64,000 nt of DNA from contig NC_092671.1 in assembly GCF_964355755.1 (NCBI RefSeq), positions 40,558,304-40,622,303 of the forward strand. Direction: 5' to 3'. Below the pieces are notes generated by a model. That model was not told the origin of the DNA, made no database searches, and saw only the letters and a list, made by a program, of their open reading frames with translations. The stretch's first letter is position 1, and every line of letters starts with the position of its first letter. The stretch comes from Antedon mediterranea (Eukaryota; Animalia; Echinodermata). The translations under genes were made by a program, and so were the position numbers. Shown here piece by piece: positions 11,360 through 22,654 of this stretch.

Positions 11360-13405
11360 GAGTGTTGACAAAGTGCGAGGCACGCGAGGCATGCCAAATA
11401 TTTGTGCGAGGCATCATTTTATCATTTCCAAAAGTGCGAGGCATGCGGGCATATAGTTTACAATTTCAAAAAGGTGCGAGGCATATCTTAACGTGCTATT
11501 ATGCTATATTATAGGCCTAATAATCAATCGATACAAGCGTATCTAAATAGATTCGTGTATACACTCATCATGTTGTTTATTTTTATGTAACGATTGTTTT
11601 TTCATTCAAGTCATATCGTGTCAAATTTTACTTTTACAAAAGTGCCCAAACTACGGTTCAAAAATCTGAACGACAGTCTTCAACTTTCGATAAACAATAA
11701 TTGTTATAGCGACACACTCATCAAATGACTGCAATGTTTGTTGGCATTTCGAGCGTGTTCACTCACGTCATGTCTCTCGAACATAGCAGAGTGAAAATAA
11801 TATTTTGTCACACCCCTGCGCCTAGATCCGGTAGACCCGAGAGATGGAAAATCCCTCTTTACTATTTAGCAGGTAGCGGAATGATTCAGCCCTCAGCTCA
11901 GAGGATTGTGGTGCATTCCCCTCCTATAGCACGTGGTTTCAGCAGCAACGCACAGACTTCTCTCTGAGCGGCGTGCCAAAGACATTTTTGACATTCCATT
12001 CTCTAGGAACAACACGTACCTCTCTCGCAAATAAGGTGAACAGCGATTGCCAGGACAAGTTCAATAACTGGCGGTGAATAAAAGGTAACTGATATGCCGA
12101 TCCAATAACATGCCGCAAAGAAAAAAATTGCGACAGAATTCTGGAGCGCGTGTGAAAAAAGACTTACGTCCGACAATTGTAATACTAGGCCTAAAATTAA
12201 ACTTTAGCTAATATGCTTAGCCCTAACCTAGATAAGAGGCCTATGTAGAAAATAATTTAATCAATTTTGATAAAATAATAATTGGTGTAATATTTAATAA
12301 TGATACACTATTCCTGTTTTAGTAAGCTAGGTATATTATTATTACGAACGATTTTTATTTATTGTTGTCCATGTACGTACTAATAAACCTGGCGCTAGTT
12401 TCCTTCGCTTGTATTTTTACTCCAAATTTGATAACTAAGTTTATCGTGTGAATACCACACCTTAGAAGTATACCTCATGAGTACTTTAATGAAAGAATCA
12501 CATAAAAAGTAACAAATAATTCCTTAAATTAATGATTTTACAGGCGTGTTTCTCGCACACTGTTCGCGAATTTCACTTACTCAATGTTCAATATTTTTGT
12601 TTCTATGGAGCGCCAAAAGAGCAACGATAATAGAGGACTAAAACTCAGTGGAATGCGTCAATTTCTCATGCATTTATTGGTGAAAAACACGTTTTATTTC
12701 AATATATTTGTTAATTTGTCAATAAAAATGTTGTAATATGTTACTGCTGATACTGTTCTGTTTTCAAAGAATAATAGGCCTAATCGATCCTAAATCAACA
12801 ACACTACCTAGTCTAGACCTAGGACATCCTACTAAGGATATTATGATGAATTTTTCTATTTTATTCTTTAAAAGGTTAACGAAACCGTGTACATTATCAA
12901 CAGTAACATTTTTCCTTACTGACAGTGACAAAATCTATTGAAATTGTACTTGATTTTCACCAAATAATGCGTTAAATATAAATGGATTCCACAGAGTTTT
13001 TAGCCCTCTAATTAATTTTGCTCTTTTGGCGTTCCATAGAAACCAAAATATTGAACATTGAGTGTGCGAAATGCGAGAAAAACATCGTCTGTAAAATCAC
13101 CAATTTAATGGATTTATTGTTACTTTTATGTGATTTTTCTTCATTAAAGTAGGCCTACTAATTCTAAGCTGTGGTATTCAGGATAAAGTTGGTTAAAATA
13201 CAAGGCAGGTGCAAAAGGAAACTAGCCTAGCGGGCCTAGGCTACTTCAATTTCGGTGATTTCCTGCCTTGCAATTTTGAGAAATGATAAAATGATGCCTC
13301 GCATTTTTTGATGATGGTAAAACGATGCCTCGCATAAATTTCTGACTTGCCTCGCATGCCTTCCCTGCCTCGCGTGCCTCGCTGCCTCGCACTTTGTTAC
13401 TACCC
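11360..13405 (-). mobile_element. Non-autonomous MULE-like element, copy 2 (inverted relative to copy 1)
   Basis: Near-identical reverse complement of 7162-11124 without the nested element; own 9-bp TSD GTGGCTGGG at 11351-11359 and 13406-13414. Confidence 0.88.
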
Positions 13406-13734
13406 GTGGCTGGGGTTCTGTCCCGACGACTACGACGCCTACTTCTGTTGCTCCAGTGCCGGTAGGTCTAGGCTAGGCCTAGTCTGCTGCTCATCACACT
13501 CGTAATAGCCTTGGCCTAGTATTAGCAAAGAACTTATAACACAAGAATCTCCTGTTCTTCAATTTGCATTCAAAACACAGATTACCTAGTAGTAGTAGTA
13601 GTGTGTGTATCATGCTGGCTGAGATCTTTTAAAAAGTCAAGAATTTGCATTTGTTTTACCTGGTAAAGTGAGGTATTTTGGTTTTCTAGGGTTGCTAACT
13701 TCTCTCACACTACATATTCATAACTTTACTTTCA

Positions 13735-14802
13735 ATGGCAAACAGAAATATTCCGAAAAAAACTGCCGAGAAAGCTAGGCCTCAACAGCGGGGGCTTAGT
13801 AGTGAATCAGTGATGCAGTGCTCTGCTGAAAAAGGTGGTGTTGCAGGGGCCTATGGTGGGATAGGCCTAGGCCTAGAAGAGGCTGACAATTTTGGAAAGG
13901 CTATTTTTGTATGTGAAGGTAACGCAAACCAACCATGTGGGAAGGTGTTGATTGAAGGAAAGGATAACAGTATTGCTTGTGATGCCTGTGAAAAATGGTA
14001 TCATATTAAATGCCAAAAGATTTCTAAAGCTCAGTATACCGCTTTCAGTGAGGAAGATTCTCCCCCATTTATTTGCATTTCTTGTAGAGGAAATGAAGGC
14101 TCAATTGCTAAGTTGTTCAGGGGCTCGCACATTTTAAATACACTAGAAGAGCGCTTTGCATCCATCGACTTATCCCTTAATGATGTAACGAGGCGTGTAT
14201 GTCAGTTAGAAGAGAAGACTGATTTTAAAGATAGTGAGGAGTTTAATTCCGCTGTTGACGAAAAACTAAACGATTTTAAAATTGAAATCGATGCTCAACA
14301 AGCGAGGAAGCCGAACCTCATTATCCAGGGTCTTAAAGAATCAAATAAGTTAACATCAGACGAAAAGAAAGCAGATGATATTGAAATGGTTAAACGGATG
14401 GCTTTGGTTGCCTGTGTTGGTAACGTTGATATTAAAACAGTTTTTCGGATTCATGATAATAACCCAAATACAAATTCTACTAAACCGAGACTACTTAAAG
14501 TTGTATTTACTGATGAAGCTACCAAGCTTAGTTTGTTGTCTGGTCAGGCAAGAAATAAATTACAAAAATCTGCCGACTTTCATAATGTATTAATGTTTCC
14601 TGATCGAACCCTTAAGGAGAGAAAGGCTAGAAAACAACTCGTAGAAATGAGGAACCAAAAAAACTGGGAGCTCGAAAGTCGCGGGATAAAAGAAAAACGA
14701 TGGATAATAAGAAACGGGTTACTGAAGGAAATCAAAGTAGACGAAAATCACCAGGGTCAAACACAGACAGGCCAACGGCAAAAACCAAACCAAGCGAATT
14801 AA
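13735..14802 (+). CDS. CR1 ORF1 protein with PHD finger, coiled coil and RRM-like region
   Basis: C..C..IACDACEKWYHIKC..FICISC PHD; RKPNLIIQGLKES, KPRLLKV, PDRTLKER motifs typical of CR1 ORF1. Confidence 0.9.
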   Translation: MANRNIPKKTAEKARPQQRGLSSESVMQCSAEKGGVAGAYGGIGLGLEEADNFGKAIFVCEGNANQPCGKVLIEGKDNSIACDACEKWYHIKCQKISKAQYTAFSEEDSPPFICISCRGNEGSIAKLFRGSHILNTLEERFASIDLSLNDVTRRVCQLEEKTDFKDSEEFNSAVDEKLNDFKIEIDAQQARKPNLIIQGLKESNKLTSDEKKADDIEMVKRMALVACVGNVDIKTVFRIHDNNPNTNSTKPRLLKVVFTDEATKLSLLSGQARNKLQKSADFHNVLMFPDRTLKERKARKQLVEMRNQKNWELESRGIKEKRWIIRNGLLKEIKVDENHQGQTQTGQRQKPNQAN

Positions 14803-17654
14803 AAAATCTTACATGCCTGTATACAAATTTAGATGGTTTATCGAACAAAAGAAACCTTTTCAGTTCATTGGTTGTGAAAGAAAACCCCCATCTTATTTTT
14901 GTTACTGAGACAAAGTTGGAAGAGAGTCACGATACAATTACTTATTTTGATACTAATATTTATTTAGTTTATAGAAGAGATAGAATTCCAAGTGATGGAG
15001 GTGGTGGCGTCCTAATCCTGGTGCGCAAGGATATTGTTTCTGAAATTGTAATTGACGAAGTCTGGATTGATATAGAAGTGATAACTTGTCTATTGAAATA
15101 TGGAGAGAAATCTGCTCTTATCGCTTGTGTCTACCGTAGCCCTAGCTCTCGAGGTGAATACAACCAGCGGATCAGGGATACGCTGTTGAAATTTAATTCA
15201 TACAAAACTGACCAGATTTTAATTTGCGGAGATTTCAATATTAAAGATATAGACTGGGATACTCTTTCTACTAGACGCGGCGAATTGAGTGAACAGCAGA
15301 AACTTTTAGATGTAGTAAATGACTCGTTCTTGACGCAACATGTGACACAATTTACACGTGTAAGAGGAGACGACGAGCCTTCATTACTTGATTTAATTTT
15401 TAGTAAACATGAACTTGATGTTGATATTTTACGTTATGATGCTCCAGTCGGGAAAAGCGACCATGCCGTTATAATTTTTCGTTTTGTATTAGATTGTTTT
15501 GTTGATCAAAGCGCAGAAGAATATACTAAATTTAATTTTTTTAAAGGTGATTTCACTACAATGAATGCCCAACTCGCTGATGTTGATTGGGAAAGCTTGT
15601 TTGAAACCAAATCTGTCCAAGAAATGTGGGACATTTTTCACAATAAGATTAACTTTTTGATTTCTGATTGTGTTCCGAAAAACATTGTAAACACAAATCT
15701 CCGCCCAAGTAAACAGAAATGGATGACAAAATTCGCACTAAATAAAGTTCAAATGAAGGAGGATGCATGGCAACGTTACAGACGTCATAGGTCTAACAAA
15801 AGACATAAATATTACTGTAAAGCCAGAAATGATGCTACTTCGGCAGTAAGAATGGCTAAAGCTAATTTCGAGAAGGATGTCGCACTAAATGCTAAGAGAA
15901 ATCCGAGGGCATTTTATAGCTATGTTCGTAGTCAAACTTCAATTAAGGAAGGGGTATCCAAACTAAAAAAACAGGATGGATCTTTTTCTTCCACTAATCA
16001 GGAAGCAAGTGAATTAATGAACGAGGCCTTCCAAAAAGTATTTACAGTAGAAGATAATCGTAATATTCCAAACATGGCTTCTGTTTTTCATGGACATTCT
16101 TTGACCAATGTGGACTTTACACTTGATGACGTTAAAATGCATATTAAAAATCTTCGTGATTCATCATCCCCTGGACCTGATGGCATCCACCCTAAAGTGT
16201 TGATTGAATGTTGTGACCATATATCCCCTCCACTGTTATTACTGTTCAGAAAGTCGTTAGCAACAGGTGAAATACCAGCTGCCTGGAAAGACGCAACCAT
16301 TACACCAATTTTCAAAAATGGCAACAAGTCTGATCCTCTAAATTACCGCCCTGTTAGTTTAACTTCAGTTATCTGCAAGATTTTAGAAAAAATCATAACT
16401 AACACAATTATGATCCATCTCGAAACTAAAAATACACTCACCAAACATCAACATGGTTTTCGTACTAATCGTTCTTGTTTAACACAATTGCTTGAATTTT
16501 TCCGCGATGTAGAAAATGCTCTCGCCGACAGACATCCCGTTGATGTTATATACTTGGACTGCCGTAAGGCCTTCGACACAGTTCCGCACATTAGGCTGAA
16601 AATTAAATTGCGAGCTTATGGCATTCAAGGTAATATTCTAAGTTGGATAAGTGGATTTTTAGAAAATAGACGTCAATGTGTTTCAATCAAAGGTTCGGTT
16701 TCAAGTTGGTTACCTGTGTTCAGTGGCGTGCCTCAAGGCACAGTTATTGGTCCGGCTTTATTTTTAGTCTACATCAACGATCTACTTGATAATATTGAAT
16801 CAGATGGTAAACTATTTGCAGACGATGCTAAGATTTATCGTAAGATTGATTCAGTTAACGACCGAGATGCCCTGCAGAATGATTTGAGTAAACTTGAGCA
16901 GTGGAGTAAGAAGTGGCTACTGGAGTTTAGTAAATCTAAATGTAAAGTAATGCACATTGGAAATCGAAATCCAAAACACACTTATTCAATTGATGGTACA
17001 GTTCTTGATACAACCTCTGCTGAGAAAGACCTCGGAGTCTATGTAACGTCTGACTTTAAAGTGTCGACACAAGTTTCCAAAGTTGCAGCCAAAGCCAATT
17101 CAATTGTAGGCCGAATACGGAAATCCTTTACATATATGGATAAACAGATGTTCATGTCGCTTTATACTTCTCTTGTGCGTCCGGTTATGGAGTATGCAGT
17201 TCAAGCCTGGTCACCATATCTACAACAAGACATCAATAAACTTGAGAAAATCCAACAACGAGCTACAAAACTTGTACCAGAACTCAGAAACTTGCCCTAT
17301 GAAGAGCGCAGGATACAGCTAGGTTTACCAACTTTACTGGAAAGAAGGGAACGCGGAGACCTCATCGAAGTTTTTAAATTTTTGAATGGTTACGAAAATA
17401 TAGATCGCCACTCCTTTTTTAAATTAGCATCTGAAGTTGGTCCAAATATCACTCGAGGCTCAACTTTTAAATTAAAGAAACCTAGATGGAACTCAACTAA
17501 ACGGAATAATTTTTTTGACACTAGAGTAATTAACAAGTGGAACTCGCTGCCCGAATCTGTTGTCAATAGCAAGAGTGTAAATTCATTCAAAAACAAGCTT
17601 GACAAATACACACACATACACACATATGAGAGAAGAGGCTCCCTACGAGTTTAA
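14700..17654 (+). CDS. CR1 ORF2: AP endonuclease and reverse transcriptase
   Basis: LYTN, VTETKL, GGGV, VYRSP, GDFN, LDL, SDH (APE); PGPDGI, NYRPVSLTS, QHGF, YLDCRKAFD, GVPQG, FADD (RT); CR1 C-terminus RRERGDLIE..WNSLP. True start uncertain (overlaps ORF1). Confidence 0.95.
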   Translation: MDNKKRVTEGNQSRRKSPGSNTDRPTAKTKPSELKNLTCLYTNLDGLSNKRNLFSSLVVKENPHLIFVTETKLEESHDTITYFDTNIYLVYRRDRIPSDGGGGVLILVRKDIVSEIVIDEVWIDIEVITCLLKYGEKSALIACVYRSPSSRGEYNQRIRDTLLKFNSYKTDQILICGDFNIKDIDWDTLSTRRGELSEQQKLLDVVNDSFLTQHVTQFTRVRGDDEPSLLDLIFSKHELDVDILRYDAPVGKSDHAVIIFRFVLDCFVDQSAEEYTKFNFFKGDFTTMNAQLADVDWESLFETKSVQEMWDIFHNKINFLISDCVPKNIVNTNLRPSKQKWMTKFALNKVQMKEDAWQRYRRHRSNKRHKYYCKARNDATSAVRMAKANFEKDVALNAKRNPRAFYSYVRSQTSIKEGVSKLKKQDGSFSSTNQEASELMNEAFQKVFTVEDNRNIPNMASVFHGHSLTNVDFTLDDVKMHIKNLRDSSSPGPDGIHPKVLIECCDHISPPLLLLFRKSLATGEIPAAWKDATITPIFKNGNKSDPLNYRPVSLTSVICKILEKIITNTIMIHLETKNTLTKHQHGFRTNRSCLTQLLEFFRDVENALADRHPVDVIYLDCRKAFDTVPHIRLKIKLRAYGIQGNILSWISGFLENRRQCVSIKGSVSSWLPVFSGVPQGTVIGPALFLVYINDLLDNIESDGKLFADDAKIYRKIDSVNDRDALQNDLSKLEQWSKKWLLEFSKSKCKVMHIGNRNPKHTYSIDGTVLDTTSAEKDLGVYVTSDFKVSTQVSKVAAKANSIVGRIRKSFTYMDKQMFMSLYTSLVRPVMEYAVQAWSPYLQQDINKLEKIQQRATKLVPELRNLPYEERRIQLGLPTLLERRERGDLIEVFKFLNGYENIDRHSFFKLASEVGPNITRGSTFKLKKPRWNSTKRNNFFDTRVINKWNSLPESVVNSKSVNSFKNKLDKYTHIHTYERRGSLRV

Positions 17655-17790
17655 AAACTCATTGCCTCTTAACTTTACTAAAGGTAAGAATTACTAAAGG
17701 TAAGAACAGTATCGGAAGTATAGGGTTAAAAAGGTCAAACTGGGCGACGCCATTTCACAGCATAGAGCAGCGCCCCCTCCAAACTAGGAA

Positions 17791-17969
17791 GTCAATTACT
17801 CTACCCCCCCCCCCCCCCTAGAGTATTAGCAGATCCCCTCTATGATTTTGACTTTCTAATTTGATGCGGGCGCCCTACTCCTCAGTCAATTACTCTATCC
17901 CCTCTAGAGCATTAGCAGATCCCCTCTTATGATTTTGACTTTCTAATTTGATGCGGGCGCCCTACTCCA
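17791..17969. repeat. Two-copy ~90-bp tandem duplication
   Basis: GTCAATTACTCTA...TTTGATGCGGGCGCCCTACTCC at 17791 and 17885. Confidence 0.8.
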
Positions 17970-18365
17970 TGGCTCACAATGGCGCCACCCATAGCTCTAT
18001 TCTATCCCACAATGCCTTTCGAAATTGTTACGCGCTTCGGACGAACAGGAGATTCTTGTGTTATAAGTTCTTTGGTATTAGTATTTGGCCTAGGCCTAAT
18101 TCTGTCTCTTCTAGATCTTTCACAGCACCATCTTCAATTGTCATGAGAATTTCGCTACACTCCATATTAATATGACTCAAAAAATAGGCCTATCACTTGA
18201 ATCGGATCGGATAGTATACTGTAATAAAAAAAAAAGCGCGAAGTCGTATGAACAATTTGAGAAATTTGCCGGGCCGCCAGACGATTTGTTGACAACTCAT
18301 TTCTCGAGCAGCTCTGTGATTGGTTGAGAAGTTTTCGCTTCGCAAAAAGTAGAAAAAACAAAAGA

Positions 18366-18907
18366 CTCAACTCCATACGCTACATAGGAATAGTTGGACA
18401 CAAACACGGCTTCTAATCCATTCAATGCCGTAACTCTCTCTATATATTGCTCTGTGGCCAGCCAGAGCCATAATAGAGAGAGTTACGGCATTGCGTTCAC
18501 GGATTTTAGAAAGTCACGTGGTGTGCACGCCGGCCATGTTTGTGTGATTTTAAACAACAAAATGTAAAAACAATGCATTACTACAGACAAAGAATATATT
18601 CTTTGCTACAGAGAATCGCTGTACAAACTAAACGCGTAGAGCGTGCATGGAGCGCACAACCAGAGCCGTTCCGAAATTGCTATTTTTGTTGTTTAAAATC
18701 ATGTTCGCAGTAACTTTATAATTTTTTTATTATTTTACCTTTAAACAAATTGATTGTTTTGATATTAAATTCGATAATTAAAGCCTTTTGAACGTTATAC
18801 ATTTTCAAAACAAAAGTCTCAACTCCATACGCTACATAGGAATAGTTGGACACAAACACGGCTTCTAATCCATTCAATGTCGAAACTCTCTATATATGGC
18901 TCTGTGG
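18366..18907. mobile_element. MITE (about 18462-18907) preceded by the right end of a second copy
   Basis: CCAGAGCCATAATAGAGAGAGTTACGGCATTG inverted with CAATGTCGAAACTCTCTATATATGGCTCTGTGG; ~90-bp direct repeat 18366-18457 vs 18816-18907. Confidence 0.6.
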
Positions 18908-19122
18908 TCCCAAGGGCGCTAGAACTTTTCCATGCTTTTCTAAAGTGAGCCCTCTACAGCTGTTTTTATTTTATAAAAAATTCACTGTGCTTTGACAAGA
19001 ATATGTGTTGTAATTTATGGGTCTTAATGTATTATATTAGATTATTATTTTTTATATTAAATAATTAAATAATGTTTTTGGACACATTTACGGCCGCCAT
19101 CTTGTTGGTTCCCCCTCCTGTT

Positions 19123-20754
19123 GGCGATTTTTTTTCCGTACGAGAGTTCCTCCATCGGTTCGTTTCGGACTCAATCGACTCTTCGGTAAGCCACCACCGA
19201 TGCTCACTGATGCGTGACAGCAACCACAAGACAAAACGTGAGCAGCTTTTTTGCACGAGTGACAGATTTATACTGTACATACTAGAGGCTAATACTATAC
19301 TCACTGTAAATATAATAATAAATATTAATAGTAGTACTGAACGTCATTGTAATAATAATAATAGAGGCCTAGAATTTTAATAATATAATACTGTATAGGC
19401 AGCCACAAACCAATGTATGTACCATCAGATTCACAAACAGTAACACACATACAGCAGAGCACTTTGTTGGTCGTCACAAGCAAGGCCTAGCTAGCCTAGC
19501 CCTACGTACGTGTGCTTCAAATTCAATGTAGTACATTTCCATTACAGTACTATTTTTTATTTTAATAAAATGAAGTACAGTAGTAGGTTAGAAATTATAT
19601 GTACAGAAGTAACACTAACAGATGTTTTTATCAAGAAAATTACAATTTTCTTCAGGTTTAAGTGTAACATTTGAAAATTGTATACATAGGCCTAGTACGT
19701 ATTAGTAACATGATTCTTGTAAGTTGTAATGTATAGAAACACATGCTTGCTTATAAAGCGTTTAATATTGGCCAGTGGAAATTTCGAATTAAAATGAACA
19801 ATTTAAAAAAAAATTTTATTTCAGAAACCATAATTAAAAAAATAAAATCAAGAATATGGAATACAGAAAACCGATCTTCATGACAAGATGATAGTATCAC
19901 ATATAATTATAAGCTTCCTGGAAAATGTGTTTTATTAAATGTATTTGTACTATTGCAGTCGTGTCAGTACCGTAATTGAATGTTTTTTACTTTGCATGTA
20001 TTTTTTATGATTTTCCAAATTACATATAGGCCTACACATAATAAACAATAATATCAATTGTAGGCCTATAACTTAATTAAAACTCCAAAATTGCCTATAT
20101 TAAAAAAGTCTGAAATCTTTATTTTTCAAGATTGGGGATAATTAATACGTACACCTTTAACGTAAAATTTCCATTACCTTACAATATAAATATTAATTTA
20201 ATAATATTATTTTAAAAGGTAGATTTGTATAAGTTCTTCATTTATTCTTTGGTATATTTCATTTTCATTTTTTGAAGAACAATAAATTATAGTATCGTCA
20301 GCATACATACTTATTTTACATTTGTTTGCAACTTTCGATAGGTCATTTATATATAAGAGGAAAGCAAGTGGGCCCACGATTGACCCCTGAGGCACTCCAC
20401 ATTGGATGTAATGTGTGTATAGTCAGACAATGTATTTAATATTTACATTTGTGAATTGCTTTCGCTCAGACAGATAGCTCTCGAACCATTTTAAAACATA
20501 TTTACTTAAACCATAAAGTCTCAATTTGCTTAATAGTATGTTATGGTTTACCGTATCAAAGGCCTTTTTAAAATCTAGTAAACTATTAGTATTTAGTGTA
20601 GATTCATTTGAAAGTATTAGCTCGCGGTGTTTGTAAATGTAAATTGTATTATGTTGTCACGCATCAGTGAGCTGACTTTACCGAATACCGAAGAGAGTCG
20701 ATTGAGTCCGAAACGAACCGATGGAGGAACTCTCGTACGGAAAAAAAAATCGCC
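19123..20754. mobile_element. Non-autonomous TIR element (~105-bp TIRs) containing a LINE RT fragment
   Basis: GGCGATTTTTTTTCCGTACGAGAGTTCCTCCATCGGTTCGTTTCGGACTCAATCGACTC inverted at ~20690-20754; flanking direct repeat TCCTGTT (7 or 9 bp depending on boundary). Confidence 0.75.
20207..20585 (-). pseudogene. L2/CR1-group reverse transcriptase fragment
   Basis: [44 protein letters not shown]; frameshifted. Confidence 0.8.
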
Positions 20755-20847
20755 TCCTGTTGGAATCACTTTTCAGTCTGGAGTACGCCCTCTAGTGTTC
20801 TTATTACATCTCTCTGTCTCTATGGCTCTCTGGCTGAGTGACCGAAA

Positions 20848-20951
20848 TGTCTAGCGCCCTCGGGACCACAGGCTGGCCAAATGTCTAGCGCCCTCGGACC
20901 ACAGGCTGACCAAAAAAGAACCACAGGCTGGCCGCGTGTTTGACGACCCCT
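20848..20951. mobile_element. hAT (Charlie-like) right terminus with subterminal repeats, abutting the start of the tandem array
   Basis: GGCCGCGTGTTTGACGACCCCT end; repeated CTAGCGCCCTCGG(G)ACCACAGGCTG, with an inverted match at 18903-18923. Confidence 0.45.
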
Positions 20952-21299
20952 TTAGCATATTCTTGGCCCTTCATAAGATATTCTCTTTGTCCCATGTTTG
21001 TATTCTTTTTGATGATATTCAAATTATTTTTGTTTTTATTTGCTGTTCTGAATTGTTTGGTGTCGTAGTACTTATCTAGAGTAATCATACAATCTTGCAG
21101 TTCATCTTCTTTATCAAAAGTTAAAAACATAAATGAATAGATAAATTATTATTTAATGTCGGTAATAATGATAATAAACTAAAAGAGTGTAGCGAGTAAA
21201 ATTGTACGATAGTTTCTGCTCTTTAAATACATCTATAAATGTGCAGTATACAACCTTAAATATTTGTCCTGTTTAGAAAACTAATGTAGAGTACTTGCA

Positions 21300-21805
21300 T
21301 TTATTTTTCTTGGTATAGTACTCCGTTAAAGTTTAAAACTAATAACAGAAAATAAAACATACATTGATTTTTTGTTTGCTCTGAATTGTTCAAAAAGTAT
21401 TCATTTTGGAAAATGGTTTCCAGTGAAGAATGTAAGTAACATGAAACTAAGACGTGTAAAGTATCAACAACCCAAATGCAGAGTTGAAAGATATAGAAAA
21501 AGTGCAATACCATACCTTATCTCGCTTCTAAATGAATAATCAGTATATATCACCCAGTACAGCTTTGCGATTCTTATTGATGCTTTTAGGTGTTTTTTTT
21601 TTTCTATTTTAATATTTTAAGCTAAAGTTTTTGAATGTTCCTGTATTGTATTTCTTGTGTAAATTGCCTCCTTTTTATATTTTTTTATCATTGGTTTTTA
21701 TACTTTTATACAAATTTTAATATTGAACAAATGTAAATATCTTTGTAATTCAGCTAAGGCTGCGATAATGATATTGAAATAAATGAAATGAAATGAAAAA
21801 AAAAA
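21300..21805 (+). mobile_element. LINE 3' end fragment (L2/Crack/Rex-group), repeated in every unit
   Basis: Encodes PKCRVERYRKSAIPYLISLLNE*, followed by a T-rich UTR and AATAAA(TGAAA)n tail. Confidence 0.6.
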
Positions 21806-22654
21806 TTTCCGGCAATTTTCTGATTCTAAAATGGCCACAGTTCGATCGAAGTATTCGAGGAAAAGGAGCTGTTTTGAAAGGCTTTTTTTTTTAAGATATT
21901 TTTTTCAAAATAAATATATTGCCGAGTGTTCGATATCCTTTCCTAAACTCGGCTTGCTACAATGTTATCCATCTGTCCACATTGAATCAGTCTATTGCAT
22001 TAAGGTTGGTGAGTACCCTGCCAAAATACGCCAGAATTTTGCCAAAATACGAAAATTGAAAATACGAAAATACGAAAATTGAAAATTTCAACTGACAAAT
22101 ATTAATTGAAGAGAAGCTTAACTTCTATTTCTTATGTTCATTTAGGAGGACATCATTCAATAATATGTTGCTGATCATACCATCAATACCCAGGTATTAT
22201 CCTTTTATTTATAACTTCATCTAATTTATAAATTACTAAAATATCGATGCCATTCCATTAATGAAATTTCATTTGATGTATTGTTTTTTTCTCTTCTGAG
22301 ATTTAGCCAGAATCTTCAATATCGTTTTCGTCGAAGAGTCTTATTATGTTTTTCCTTTTTGTTTTGTCTTTTTTTCCCGTTTTAATAGATTTTTAGTATA
22401 TATTTATTTCTTAAATAAGCATGTGTTGTTTTTCATGGTTATAATTTATATTATTTAAGGTTTTTTCAATTATCCATTCTCTATCCTACTAGGTATTTTT
22501 TATCAATTGCTCTTTAAATGCATATTTGATTGATTTTTCAAATGTAGTAATATCTTTGTCAATATTTTTTGCTGATTGTCACCATGAAATTGTTATCGGG
22601 TTTTTCCAGTTATGCATGGCACTATCTATTTCTAAATAGTCATCTGTTTATATA

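Larger units (their letters stand above)
13600..17706 (+). mobile_element. Apparently full-length CR1-clade LINE
   Basis: ORF1 and ORF2 both uninterrupted; short 3' UTR ending in two TTACTAAAGGTAAGAA repeats; 5' boundary approximate. Confidence 0.92.

Noticed and set aside
7162-13405. Single giant palindrome from an assembly foldback artefact
   Set aside because: The arms have different TSDs, private indels and a nested insertion in only one arm.
22140-22654. Old LINE remnant hosting the LTR element (PGIDG motif on the minus strand)
   Set aside because: Plausible but too decayed to delimit or classify by eye.
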